Shown here: positions 1-9,269 of the stretch, in pieces | Layout: every line of letters begins with the position of its first letter | How positions within the stretch are numbered: position 1 is the first letter of the stretch | Assembly (NCBI GenBank): GCA_963422625.1 | Contig: OY730416.1 | Location: 835,607 to 899,606 of the forward strand | Reading direction: 5' to 3' | Source of the DNA: an uncultured Ferruginibacter sp. | GTDB lineage: Bacteria; Bacteroidota; Bacteroidia; Chitinophagales; Chitinophagaceae | Length of the DNA: 64,000 bases | The notes under the pieces: generated by a model | Told to the model about the DNA's origin: nothing | The model's input: only the letters and a program-made list of their open reading frames with translations | Database searches by the model: none | Translations under genes and position numbers: made by a program

Positions 1-403
1 TGCATTCCACGCCCTTACTTACTTCGAGTAATTCGCCGGTTATTAATTGGGGCAGAGAAGTAGCAAATTCAGTTAACTCAATACACTTTTCAATTTCTGC
101 TACAGACTCACCGTAAGTTTTTCCATTCTCCTCACTGCAAAGTTTTGCCAGCTCTTCTAAATTTTTTTCCAATAAAGTCTTATAACGAAAAAACACCTGC
201 ACCCTTTCTTTAATAGGCATCTTACTCCATGCCGGAGATGCAGTTTTGGCGGCTTTAACAGCGTCATCCAGGTCTTTTGCTGCCGACATGGGAACTGTAG
301 ATAATAAATTCCCGTCTATTGGGGAGATCACTTCTATTGTTCTTGAGGAAGAAGGGGCAACAAAATTGCCATTGATATAATTTTTTATCGGGGTATATTT
401 CAT
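1..403 (-). CDS. mmsA: Aldehyde dehydrogenase family protein, N-terminal 134 aa only (the gene runs off the left edge). Best guess is CoA-acylating methylmalonate-semialdehyde dehydrogenase.
   Basis: My own minus-strand translation from the ATG at 403-401 gives MKYTPIKNYINGNFVAPSSSRTIEVISPIDGNLLSTVPMSAAKDLDDAVKAAKTASPAWSKMPIKERVQVFFRYKTLLEKNLEELAKLCSEENGKTYGESVAEIEKCIELTEFATSLPQLITGE. This matches the ALDH N-terminal layout (NYINGxxV, AxxAxxxWS, R..xLF.., ENGKT, E.xEFA), which is closest to MmsA/IolA-type enzymes. Confidence 0.6.
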   Translation of the reverse strand, partial: MKYTPIKNYINGNFVAPSSSRTIEVISPIDGNLLSTVPMSAAKDLDDAVKAAKTASPAWSKMPIKERVQVFFRYKTLLEKNLEELAKLCSEENGKTYGESVAEIEKCIELTEFATSLPQLITGELLEVSKGVEC

Positions 404-529
404 AGCCACATTTATTTTATCAAAAATTAATGAAAATAAATGATATAATTTCAATAAATATTATTGATGAAACGTTTACTACCGGCATACCGTTAAAATT
501 TAAAACAGCAGTTAAATCATTTATTCATC

Positions 530-964
530 ATGACATTTAATTTTCAATCTTTCAACAATTTGGAAGAAGTGGTTTCGCATTTCAACTCAGAAAAGGTATG
601 TAAAGATTACCTGGAAGAAATAAGATGGGCCGAAGGAACAAAATGTGTGTACAGGGGATGCGGCAACGATAAAGTATACAGGTATGATAATGAAAGAACT
701 TTTAAATGCAGCCAGTGCGACAGGCAATTTAATGTTAGAACAGGAACGATTTTTCACAAGAGTAAGATACCGCTCACAACATGGTTTGCTGCTATCTATC
801 TTATTTCTTTACAGCAAAAGATGATTAGTATAACAAAATTAAGCGAGGATATTGGCGTATCTATGAAAACAGCATCGGCTATGAATCGTTCCATCCGCAT
901 ACAATTAGGTATGCATGTAAGAAAAAAAATACCGGGGAGAAAAAGAACAGTGCGGAAAATTTAA
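530..964 (+). CDS. IS1595-type transposase N-terminal zinc-ribbon plus HTH module only, with no DDE catalytic domain. It is either a truncated or a domesticated copy.
   Basis: The 144-aa ORF has the pattern CxxYLEExRW...CxxCG...Y....FKCxxCxxxFxVxTGTIFHKSKIPLxTWFxAIYL, typical of the Zn_Tnp_IS1595 N-terminus. The ORF ends about 100 bp before the tRNA terminator, so there is no room for a DDE domain. Confidence 0.6.
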   Translation: MTFNFQSFNNLEEVVSHFNSEKVCKDYLEEIRWAEGTKCVYRGCGNDKVYRYDNERTFKCSQCDRQFNVRTGTIFHKSKIPLTTWFAAIYLISLQQKMISITKLSEDIGVSMKTASAMNRSIRIQLGMHVRKKIPGRKRTVRKI

Positions 965-1071
965 TACGCAGCATTCGCATCCGGTGGTCAGTATGATATC
1001 AACTATCGTTGACTCAGCTTTATCACTTTAAAGTGGAACGCAAAAAATATAATCCCTAAAAAGTTGTACAA

Positions 1072-1106
1072 AATAAAAAAAGCCCCTCAATAAAAATTGA
1101 AGGGCT
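1072..1106 (-). terminator. Rho-independent terminator downstream of tRNA-Pro
   Basis: The stem agcccctcaa / ttgaagggct has one mismatch. On the minus strand it is followed by a run of U (plus-strand A-run at 1071-1080). Confidence 0.6.
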
Positions 1107-1118
1107 TGTGTTGTTGTG

Positions 1119-1193
1119 TCGGGATGGCAAGATTCGAACTTGCGACCTCCTGGTCCCAAACCAGGCGCGATAACCGGGCTACGCTACATCCCG
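1119..1193 (-). tRNA. tRNA-Pro (anticodon UGG)
   Basis: The reverse complement folds as a cloverleaf: acceptor CGGGATG/CATCCCG, anticodon stem CCTGG/CCAGG with loop TTTGGGA (anticodon TGG), and T-arm GCAAG-TTCGAAT-CTTGC. It is 75 nt with no encoded CCA. Confidence 0.9.
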
Positions 1194-1261
1194 AACGATA
1201 AAAATTATATTGGGTTTATTGGGAACACCCAAACGATTTTAATTTGTGATAAGAACTTTTG

Positions 1262-1350
1262 CGGAGAGAGTGGGATTCGAACCCACGGTACAGTGTGACC
1301 CGTACGACGATTTAGCAAACCGTTCCTTTCGGCCTCTCAGGCATCTCTCC
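1262..1350 (-). tRNA. tRNA-Ser (anticodon GCU), class II with a long variable arm
   Basis: The reverse complement is GGAGAGATGCCTGAGAGGCCGAAAGGAACGGTTTGCTAAATCGTCGTACGGGTCACACTGTACCGTGGGTTCGAATCCCACTCTCTCCG. It has acceptor GGAGAGA/TCTCTCC, anticodon loop TTGCTAA, a long variable arm and T-loop GGTTCGAATCC. Confidence 0.9.
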
Positions 1351-1379
1351 TAACCTGCCCTTATTTTACTAAGGGGTGG

Positions 1380-1387
1380 CAAAAATA
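1380..1387 (-). promoter_or_regulatory. Candidate Bacteroidota -7 promoter element (TAnnTTTG) for the tRNA-Ser/tRNA-Pro unit
   Basis: The minus strand reads TATTTTTG about 30 nt upstream of the tRNA-Ser 5' end. This is a motif match only. Confidence 0.3.
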
Positions 1388-1500
1388 CAATTCCATGCGC
1401 TATTACCCAAAACTAAATGCAAGTTTTAGAATAAATATTTACTCCAATTCTTAAATCGCCTTTTTACGCTCATTATTTATCGCTCTTTTCCGATCTGATG

Positions 1501-1537
1501 AAAACAAAAAGCCCAAACTCTTTATAGAATTTGGGTG
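1501..1537 (-). terminator. Weak terminator-like hairpin downstream of dnaA
   Basis: The stem is cccaaa/tttggg with a 12-nt loop. On the minus strand it is followed by CTTTTTGTTTT. Confidence 0.4.
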
Positions 1538-1581
1538 TAGTTTTTTAAAATATTTTTTGCCTTTCCCTTCCGGGATAAGGT

Positions 1582-3015
1582 TTACATAGCAGCTAATTGT
1601 ACTTTTTGCTGTAATTCCAGCACGCTTTCTTTAAACAGGCTGTCGGTATCCATCAAATCTTTTACCGTTTGGCAACTGTGTATTACAGTGGTATGGTCGC
1701 GGCCCCCAAAATGCTCCCCAATAGTCTTTAAAGAGTTTTTGGTAAATGCTTTTGAAAGGAACATGGTAATCTGCCTTGCCTGCACAATCTCCCTTTTACG
1801 GGTTTTTTGTAACAGCTTATCATAAGGCACGTCAAAATATTCGCATACCATTTTTTGAATGGCATCGATGGTGATTTCCTTACTGGAGGATTTTACAAAA
1901 TTTCTTAATACTTTTTTAGCCAATTCGAGGTCGATTTCCCTCTTATTAAGCGAAGATTGTGCCAATAATGATATTAATGCGCCCTCCAATTCCCTAACAT
2001 TGCTATTTATATTATAAGCGATATACTTAACTACTTCACGTGGCATTTCCAATCCATCGTTTTTCATCTTCTTTTCCAGTATCTCTATCTTGGTATCATA
2101 ATCCGGCACCTGTAAATCGGCACTCAGGCCCCAGCGGAAACGGCTCAATAATCTTTCCTGTACACCTTCAAGGTCTTTAGGAGGCTTATCGCTCGTTAAT
2201 ATTAATTGTTTACCGCTTTGGTGCAAATGATTGAAGATGGCAAAAAATGCTTCCTGCGATTTTTCTGCACGGTTGAAGAATTGTACATCATCAATGATCA
2301 ATACATCTATCAACTGGTAAAAATGTATAAAATCGTTGATAGCCTGGTTGCGGCTATGATCTATAAACTGGTTGATGAATTTTTCTGAACTTACATACAG
2401 CACCACTTTATTAGTGTGTAATCTTTTTACTTCGTTACCTATGGCCTGTGCCAAATGGGTTTTACCCAAACCCACACCACCATAAATTACCAGCGGGTTA
2501 AAAGAAGTGGTACCGGGCTTTTCTGCTACTGTTTTTCCTGCACGGCGGGCGACACGGTTGCAATCTCCCTCAATAAATGCATCAAAAGTATAAGCAGGGT
2601 TTAGCTGCGGATCTATCTGCATCTTTTTAAGACCCGGTATTACAAACGGATTCTTAACGGGATTATTTATTACAAGCGGAAAATCCATTTCATTATTTGA
2701 ATATGATTTAAAACCATGGCCCGGCACATCCATTGTAAGCGGCTTGTTTTTGCTATTACCGCTATCCACCATTATCCTGTATTCCAAACGGGCCTCTTTA
2801 CCTAATTCCCTTTTTAATGTTTTTGCCAAAAGCGAAACATAATGTTCTTCAAGGTACTCATAAAAAAATTGACTTGGTACTTGTATGGTTAATATTTTTT
2901 CTTTTAAAGCAACTGGCTTAATAGGTTCAAACCATGTTTTGAAATGCTGCCATTCAACAATGTCCTTGATGATCTCTAAACAATTAGCCCATACTTTTTC
3001 AAAAGCCTTATCCAT
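1582..3015 (-). CDS. dnaA: Chromosomal replication initiator protein DnaA
   Basis: The 477-aa protein has an AAA+ core with Walker A GGVGLGKTHL and Walker B VLIIDDVQF. Its C-terminal domain IV has REIVQARQITMFLSK...GGRDHTTVIHSCQ. Confidence 0.97.
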   Translation of the reverse strand: MDKAFEKVWANCLEIIKDIVEWQHFKTWFEPIKPVALKEKILTIQVPSQFFYEYLEEHYVSLLAKTLKRELGKEARLEYRIMVDSGNSKNKPLTMDVPGHGFKSYSNNEMDFPLVINNPVKNPFVIPGLKKMQIDPQLNPAYTFDAFIEGDCNRVARRAGKTVAEKPGTTSFNPLVIYGGVGLGKTHLAQAIGNEVKRLHTNKVVLYVSSEKFINQFIDHSRNQAINDFIHFYQLIDVLIIDDVQFFNRAEKSQEAFFAIFNHLHQSGKQLILTSDKPPKDLEGVQERLLSRFRWGLSADLQVPDYDTKIEILEKKMKNDGLEMPREVVKYIAYNINSNVRELEGALISLLAQSSLNKREIDLELAKKVLRNFVKSSSKEITIDAIQKMVCEYFDVPYDKLLQKTRKREIVQARQITMFLSKAFTKNSLKTIGEHFGGRDHTTVIHSCQTVKDLMDTDSLFKESVLELQQKVQLAAM

Positions 3016-3627
3016 CAGTTCTTAAGCAATTTAATTTATGTTGAGTAAAGAATATTTTTTCGGGGGATTTTCTTGTCAAAATCAGTTTCAATTTTTACTG
3101 AAAACTAATTTTAGCAGGACAGCGAATATCGAATAAATTATTGAAAAAAAAATTTTTTATTCAATTGTTTTTTTCGCAGCAATCACAGTATGGGATTTTG
3201 ACATTTTTTTTTGGTATAAAGCCGTCAAAACCTTAATGCTGTTACCCTCTTGCCAAACTCCCTGTTCTTCTAATCTTTCACCTCAAATACGCCGTCTTTT
3301 TTTATTATTTTCTATTGGTGCAAACCAGGGCAGCCCATCCTTTAAAAAAAATTAAATTTGCTGCCATATCGAACAGTACAAAGCAATCATCTTCATTTGC
3401 ACAAACTGTCCGGTACTGTCCGGCTCAGCCAAACAATTCTTACTGGCAAACTGCTTTACCAATGGCTCATATCAATAATTTCCTGAAAAAAAGAATACGA
3501 TGGTTTTAATCTAAGGGTTGGTGCGGAATACAGCAGGAAGGTAGCTATTTTTTTTAACAGCAAAGAATATCGGGAATAAAAATTTTATGGAGAAATAGAA
3601 TTACTTTTGGCATATTAAATTATCATT

Positions 3628-4017
3628 ATGAGTTACGAATTAACCGGCAAATTAGTTGCTAAATACGACACCGTTCAACGAACCGAGACTTTTAAAACCA
3701 GGGAATTTGCTGTTGAAAAAACAGATGATATCAATGGACGTACCATTACCAACTATGTAAAATTTCAGTGTGTACAGGATAAAACTTCCATTGTAGACAG
3801 GGTAAATATTGGTGATGAAGTAAAAGTATATTTCAACATTAAAGGAAGCAAATGGGAAAAAGATGGTAAAGTAAATTACATTACCAATTTAGATGCCTGG
3901 AGGATTGAACAAATTTTACAACCTGGCGCCACTGCAAAAACAGATAACGAATATCTTGAGCCACTAGATACTTTTTCATCTACTCCGCCAGATGCAGTGG
4001 ATGATCTGCCATTTTAG
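3628..4017 (+). CDS. DUF3127-like small protein with an acidic SSB-like C-terminal tip
   Basis: The 129-aa protein has an N-terminal ~95-aa beta-rich module (GKLVAKYDTVQRTETFKTREFAVEK...YVKFQCVQDK...VKVYFNIKGSKW). A low-complexity linker follows, and the terminal residues are DAVDDLPF. Confidence 0.7.
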   Translation: MSYELTGKLVAKYDTVQRTETFKTREFAVEKTDDINGRTITNYVKFQCVQDKTSIVDRVNIGDEVKVYFNIKGSKWEKDGKVNYITNLDAWRIEQILQPGATAKTDNEYLEPLDTFSSTPPDAVDDLPF

Positions 4018-4120
4018 GCCCTTCATTTCCGCCGTAGCGGAAAATTATGGAGGAGATTATGCAGGAGATATACAATCAAGCAAATTTAATTTTCCGGAAT
4101 AGGTATCCGGCATTAATACC

Positions 4121-5707
4121 ATGCAACAAAAAATTTCTTTTAAACTGCTTCCCGGCGAAGCAACAGATGATGCCGTCATCAAAAAAGTAATTGCCGCAAC
4201 ATCCGGTAAAAAAGAGCACTCCATTACAGGGTTTCATCTGTTAAAAAAATCTATAGACGCACGTGCAAAAACCATTTGGGTTAATCTTACTGTAAATGCT
4301 TTTATTGACGAGCCTTTCCAAAACAGGGCTATCCAGCCATTTCATTTTAATGATGTAACCAATGCATCAAAAAAAGTGGTCATTATTGGCGCTGGCCCTG
4401 CAGGATTATTTGCAGCGCTGCAGCTAATTGAAAAAGGCATTAAACCCATTATTTTAGAAAGAGGAAAAGATGTAAGGGCAAGGCGCAGGGATTTAGCCTT
4501 GCTGAATAAAGATGGTATCATTAATGCCGAAAGCAATTATTGCTTTGGCGAAGGGGGCGCCGGCACCTACAGTGATGGCAAATTATACACCCGGAGCAAT
4601 AAACGGGGCGATATAGACAGGATACTGAATTTATTTGTGTTGTTTGGAGCCGAAGAAAAAATTTTATACGAAGCACATCCGCATATAGGTACCAACAAAC
4701 TGCCGCACATCATTACTGCAATGCGTAAACAAATTACCGATTGTGGTGGCGAATTTTTATTTGAGAAAAAAGTGGTGGACTGCACCATTGAAAAACAAAA
4801 AATAGTAGCTGTAAAAACTGCCGGTGGCGATACATTCGCAGCAGATGATTTTATTTTAGCCACTGGCCACAGCGCCAGGGATATTTTTGAACTGCTGCAC
4901 CAGAAAAATATTTTAATTGAAGCAAAGCCCTTTGCATTAGGTGTAAGAATTGAACATCCGCAAGGCCTCATCAATAGCTGCCAGTATAAAAGCAATGCAG
5001 GTAATAGTTTTTTACCGCCAGCTTCTTATAGCTTGGTAAAACAGGTGAATAACCGTGGTGTATTTTCGTTTTGCATGTGCCCGGGTGGCATTATTGCACC
5101 AGCTGCCACTGCTGCCGGAGAAGTTGTTGTAAACGGCTGGAGCCCCTCTAAAAGAAATAATCCATTTGCCAATAGCGGTATGGTAGTGCAGGTAGAGTTG
5201 GAGGATGCGGTTAAAGGTTTAAAAAAGTGCAGAAGTTTAGAAGGTTTAGAAAAAAATCCGTTGGCGTTACTGGAATTCCAGAAGATGATAGAGCAAAAAT
5301 GCTACACAGCAGGCGGCGGAAAGTTTATAGCCCCTGCGCAGCGAATGGTTGATTTTAGTAATGGAAAATCATCTTCCTCCTTGCCTGTTTGTTCTTATCA
5401 ACCCGGGGTACACTCCGTGCAATTAAAAGAAGCACTGCCTGATTTTATTTATGAAGCCTTAGCTAAAGGGTTTATTGAATTTGGTAAAAAAATGCCGGGT
5501 TATTTTACCAATGATGCCATTGTGGTGGCCACCGAAAGCCGTACTTCATCCCCCGTACGCATTCCACGGGATACAGCAACACTCACACACCCTCAAATAA
5601 AAAATTTATACCCCTGCGGCGAAGGTGCAGGCTATGCAGGCGGCATCGTTAGCGCTGCTATGGATGGTGAAAGGATTGCCCTTCAAATTGCCGCAGTGAG
5701 ATCTTAA
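4121..5707 (+). CDS. FAD-dependent oxidoreductase (COG2509-type NAD(FAD)-utilising dehydrogenase)
   Basis: The 528-aa protein has a dinucleotide-binding motif VVIIGAGPAGLFAALQLIEKGIKPIILERG. Its C-terminal CGEGAGYAGGI motif is typical of this family. Confidence 0.8.
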   Translation: MQQKISFKLLPGEATDDAVIKKVIAATSGKKEHSITGFHLLKKSIDARAKTIWVNLTVNAFIDEPFQNRAIQPFHFNDVTNASKKVVIIGAGPAGLFAALQLIEKGIKPIILERGKDVRARRRDLALLNKDGIINAESNYCFGEGGAGTYSDGKLYTRSNKRGDIDRILNLFVLFGAEEKILYEAHPHIGTNKLPHIITAMRKQITDCGGEFLFEKKVVDCTIEKQKIVAVKTAGGDTFAADDFILATGHSARDIFELLHQKNILIEAKPFALGVRIEHPQGLINSCQYKSNAGNSFLPPASYSLVKQVNNRGVFSFCMCPGGIIAPAATAAGEVVVNGWSPSKRNNPFANSGMVVQVELEDAVKGLKKCRSLEGLEKNPLALLEFQKMIEQKCYTAGGGKFIAPAQRMVDFSNGKSSSSLPVCSYQPGVHSVQLKEALPDFIYEALAKGFIEFGKKMPGYFTNDAIVVATESRTSSPVRIPRDTATLTHPQIKNLYPCGEGAGYAGGIVSAAMDGERIALQIAAVRS

Positions 5708-5837
5708 ATGCTGTTGCTTTTTTTATCCCTGTCTTTAATGCCGGTGAATTTACCATTCGTAAAATAACTGCCGGCTATCCCCCATCATTTTATTTATCTT
5801 GATAATACTTTACATTTGAACCTTAAAACAACCATTG

Positions 5838-6770
5838 ATGAATATTTTAGAACTGCACAACCTTAAAAAATATTTTGCCACACAAAAAGCTGTTGATGAC
5901 ATCAGCATGTCTATCCCTCAGGGCAATATTTTTGGTTTACTTGGGCCGAATGGCGCCGGTAAAACAACTTTGATAAGAATGATCACTGGTATTTTTTATC
6001 CCGATTCCGGCGATATACTTTTAAAGGGTAAAAAATTTGATCCGGAAAACGATGCCAAATATATTGGCTATATGCCTGAAGAACGCGGCCTCTATAAAAA
6101 AATGAAAATTGGTGAGCAGGCATTATACCTGGCCCAGCTTAAAGGCCTCAGCAAAAATGATGCGATGCAAAAAATTAAAACCTGGTTTAAAAGGCTGGAA
6201 ATGGAGAGCTGGTGGAATAAAAAAGTGGAAGACCTGAGTAAGGGAATGGGACAAAAATTACAATTTGTGATAACTGTTTTACATGAACCCGACCTGATTA
6301 TTTTGGATGAACCTTTTAGTGGTTTAGACCCTATCAATGCTAATCTTATTAAAGATGAGATATACAGGCTGGCGCAAAACGGTACCACGATTATTTTTAG
6401 TACACACCGTATGGAACAGGTGGAAGAAATTTGCAACAATATAGTACTGGTAAATAAAGGAACTAAAATTTTAGACGGCACAGTGCAAAAGGTAAAACAG
6501 GATTTTAAAGAGAACCTTTTTAGCGTACAGCTCGAAAATATTCCTGTACATATAAACAGCAACGCTTTTGAAATTTTACATACCTCAAACACCGAACTAA
6601 CTGTAAAGATCCACGAAGGCTTTAAACCAAATGATGTGCTGGGATATTTTATTAATAATGGAAGTGGTATTGTTTCATTTAAAGAGATTTTGCCTTCATT
6701 GAATGATATATTTATTAAACTGGTAGAAGGCACACCAACTGCAAGGCAGTTTCAAAGAATGGATAATTGA
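5838..6770 (+). CDS. ABC transporter ATP-binding protein (ABC-2/NatA-like exporter)
   Basis: It has Walker A GLLGPNGAGKTT, signature LSKGMGQKLQF and Walker B LIILDEPFSGLD. The ORF track starts at TTG 5835, but the ATG at 5838 is more likely. Confidence 0.9.
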   Translation: MNILELHNLKKYFATQKAVDDISMSIPQGNIFGLLGPNGAGKTTLIRMITGIFYPDSGDILLKGKKFDPENDAKYIGYMPEERGLYKKMKIGEQALYLAQLKGLSKNDAMQKIKTWFKRLEMESWWNKKVEDLSKGMGQKLQFVITVLHEPDLIILDEPFSGLDPINANLIKDEIYRLAQNGTTIIFSTHRMEQVEEICNNIVLVNKGTKILDGTVQKVKQDFKENLFSVQLENIPVHINSNAFEILHTSNTELTVKIHEGFKPNDVLGYFINNGSGIVSFKEILPSLNDIFIKLVEGTPTARQFQRMDN

Positions 6771-6836
6771 TGATTGATTAATGAATAATTTATTTGACAA
6801 TTACACCCTTAACCTTTCATTACAAAAAATATAAAA

Positions 6837-8114
6837 ATGCACAAAATCATTTTAATTATAAAAAGAGAATTTCTTACACGGGTAAGAAAAAGAACTTTCA
6901 TTATTGGCACTATTCTTTTCCCTCTGTTATACCTGGGTCTGATTTTTGGAACAGGGTATATTGCCAATAAGACAAAAGAAGACCTGAAAGTAGGGCTGAT
7001 AGACCAATCAAATTTATTTACAGCAAAGCATGTTGCTGCAGTAAATGGGAACGACACACTCAATACAGTTCAATTAGTTATTGGCGATCCTGAATCATTT
7101 AAAACAAATTTTGATTCATTAGGTTATGATGGTTACGTGATAATTCCCCAAAATTTTAAATGGCAAACTGGGATTGACAGCAACCGGCTTGTTGTAAATA
7201 CCAAAAAGTCTTTTGGTATTGGTGCATTAAACCCAATCGAAGAAAAGATCAATAAAATATGGAACAAAATAAAACGTGACAGTCTTGGGTTGGACAGTAC
7301 CAAGGAATCTATTTTGAATAAAAGCATTGACTTAAAAGTAAACAATGAAAAAGATAAAAATGCAAATGCAGGTGTGGCTACAGTTATTGGTTATGTATCC
7401 GGTTTTTTAATGTATTTTATTTTATTACTGTATGGCAGCCAGGTTATGATGGGGGTAACAGAGGAAAAAACAAGCCGCATTGCTGAAGTAGTGGTGTCAT
7501 CTGTAAAACCATTTCAGTTAATGATAGGAAAAATTATAGGCATTGGAATGGTAGCGCTTACCCAATTTCTTATTTGGATAGCCTGCATTTTTATTATTTA
7601 CAACGTATCTAAAACAGCAGGAGGCGGTAGTACCCCTTCAGCTATGGTAGGAAAAATACAGGAAGTATTTACAAGTGTGAATATTGGTTTGGTAGTAGGT
7701 TGTTTTATATTTTATTTACTGGCAGGATTCTTTTTTTACTCTTCTTTATACGCAGCTATTGGCAGCGCTATTAATGAAGATATGAGAGAAGCACAATCAT
7801 TGAGTTTTCCCATTACTATGCTCATCATATTTTCCATTGCATTAATGACGCCGGCAATATCAAATCCCAGCAGCCCTGTTGCTGTATGGGCAAGCATTAT
7901 TCCCTTTAGTTCGCCGATAGTAATGATGGCACGCATTCCGTTTGGCGTACCCAATACGGTGCCGTGGTGGCAATTAGGCTTGTCTATGGCATTGCTTGTT
8001 GCAGGATTTATGTTTACCACCTGGTTTGCCGCAAGAATTTATCGTACAGGTATTTTAATGTATGGTAAAAAGCCAAGCTGGAAGGAAATGATAAAATGGG
8101 CATTCAGAAAATAA
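6837..8114 (+). CDS. ABC-2 family transporter permease (NatB-like), partner of the preceding ATPase
   Basis: The 425-aa protein has an N-terminal TM helix, a large loop and then about five C-terminal TM helices. It lies directly downstream of the ATPase. Confidence 0.8.
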   Translation: MHKIILIIKREFLTRVRKRTFIIGTILFPLLYLGLIFGTGYIANKTKEDLKVGLIDQSNLFTAKHVAAVNGNDTLNTVQLVIGDPESFKTNFDSLGYDGYVIIPQNFKWQTGIDSNRLVVNTKKSFGIGALNPIEEKINKIWNKIKRDSLGLDSTKESILNKSIDLKVNNEKDKNANAGVATVIGYVSGFLMYFILLLYGSQVMMGVTEEKTSRIAEVVVSSVKPFQLMIGKIIGIGMVALTQFLIWIACIFIIYNVSKTAGGGSTPSAMVGKIQEVFTSVNIGLVVGCFIFYLLAGFFFYSSLYAAIGSAINEDMREAQSLSFPITMLIIFSIALMTPAISNPSSPVAVWASIIPFSSPIVMMARIPFGVPNTVPWWQLGLSMALLVAGFMFTTWFAARIYRTGILMYGKKPSWKEMIKWAFRK

Positions 8115-8132
8115 GCAACTACAGAAAATATA

Positions 8133-8165
8133 AAAGCCTTGTTTACAAAATGTAAACAAGGCTTT
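8133..8165. terminator. Bidirectional terminator between convergent genes
   Basis: The hairpin aaagccttgtttaca-aaa-tgtaaacaaggcttt is a perfect 15-bp stem flanked by A/T runs on both sides. Confidence 0.7.
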
Positions 8166-8189
8166 TTATTTATAATTATTGCGGCAATT

Positions 8190-9269
8190 TTATTTTATTG
8201 GCGCAGTTTGTGGCTGTGGCATATCTTTTGGCTTTGCCGCTTTTTCAATAGCCTTGTTCAATTCCTGGCCAAGGTAGTTGCTTATAATTTTCCAGCTTAC
8301 TGCTATTACACCTATAAAAGCTCCCAGTAAAATGCCTATCAGTGCATATACTTTTTTAGATTTTCCGTCTTCGTCATAAGGCCCTTCAGGTTTGTCCAGC
8401 GCTTCAATAATTGGCGTGGCTTTTTGAAGTTTATAAGCTGCAGCCTCTCTGTTATTTACTGCATAATAGTATTGCGATTGAACAGTTTGTTTATCCTGGT
8501 CCAAATTAATTTTAGGTAAATTAAACCGTTTAAGTTCTGTATTGGTGAAAAAAGTAGACTCATCAAGTTTTATAGCCCTGTCATCAAGTCCATTCAATAC
8601 TTCAAGCAGCGAATCGGCTTTGTTAACCGCAAACTGGTAATCAATCTGTGCCTTTTTCTTTTTCAGGTCAATGTAGAAATCAGATATTTTTTGAATGAAC
8701 ACATAACTTACCTCTCTTACAATATCGGGGTTGCTGTTACTGAAATACAATTCAAGAATTCCATTTTTATTGATCTTAGCCAAAAATGTGCTACGAAGAA
8801 TATTACTTGAGATATTGATTAGTGTTGCAGTGTCCGTTTTCCCTATTTCTATTTTTTCATTTTGCATAAAGCCGGTATGCTTATTATTTTCTTCAACTAA
8901 TAATTCGGCAACCATTTTATTATTTTTAGATGGTATCCGTGTTTTTGATACCGCTTCCCTTGTTCTGCGGCTTGTAGCCAGCTCCACAATATTAATAGAA
9001 GCCTCTTCGCTGAATGATTTAGGTGCATCTGACAAACCGAGTATATTACTTATTGCAGAGCCCGAAATATTATTATCGTTGGAACTGTTTAAAGGGAATA
9101 CTGTGGATTTTGAAGTGTACACAATTACACCCTGTTTTGCTATAAAATAAAACATGGCCCCAAATATTATCGCTATTATTGCAATCAACCAGCTGAATTT
9201 TTTTAATCGCTTTATTAGCTGCTTAACTAGTTCTATGTTGTTCATCTGAATTTTATTTGTTTGCTTCAA
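8190..9269 (-). CDS. Wzz/GumC-like polysaccharide chain-length determinant protein, with no kinase domain
   Basis: TM helices sit near both termini (WLIAIIAIIFGAMFYFIA and VYALIGILLGAFIGVIAVSW) around a large coiled central region. It lies directly after the Wza-like gene. The track start is TTG 9269, and an ATG at 9245 is an alternative. Confidence 0.65.
   Translation of the reverse strand: MKQTNKIQMNNIELVKQLIKRLKKFSWLIAIIAIIFGAMFYFIAKQGVIVYTSKSTVFPLNSSNDNNISGSAISNILGLSDAPKSFSEEASINIVELATSRRTREAVSKTRIPSKNNKMVAELLVEENNKHTGFMQNEKIEIGKTDTATLINISSNILRSTFLAKINKNGILELYFSNSNPDIVREVSYVFIQKISDFYIDLKKKKAQIDYQFAVNKADSLLEVLNGLDDRAIKLDESTFFTNTELKRFNLPKINLDQDKQTVQSQYYYAVNNREAAAYKLQKATPIIEALDKPEGPYDEDGKSKKVYALIGILLGAFIGVIAVSWKIISNYLGQELNKAIEKAAKPKDMPQPQTAPIK

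Noticed and set aside
1116-1298. A 60-aa plus-strand ORF
   Set aside because: It lies entirely over the tRNA-Pro and tRNA-Ser genes on the opposite strand, so it is an artefact of the tRNA sequence.
3016-3627. oriC immediately upstream of dnaA
   Set aside because: I found no TTATCCACA-type DnaA boxes or clustered near-matches on either strand. The 8/9 matches I noticed (TTATCCACC at about 41941 and 57721) lie inside coding regions. An origin cannot be supported from this window.
8139-8330. A 63-aa plus-strand ORF after the ABC-2 permease
   Set aside because: It starts inside the bidirectional terminator hairpin and overlaps the 3' end of the Wzz-like gene on the other strand.
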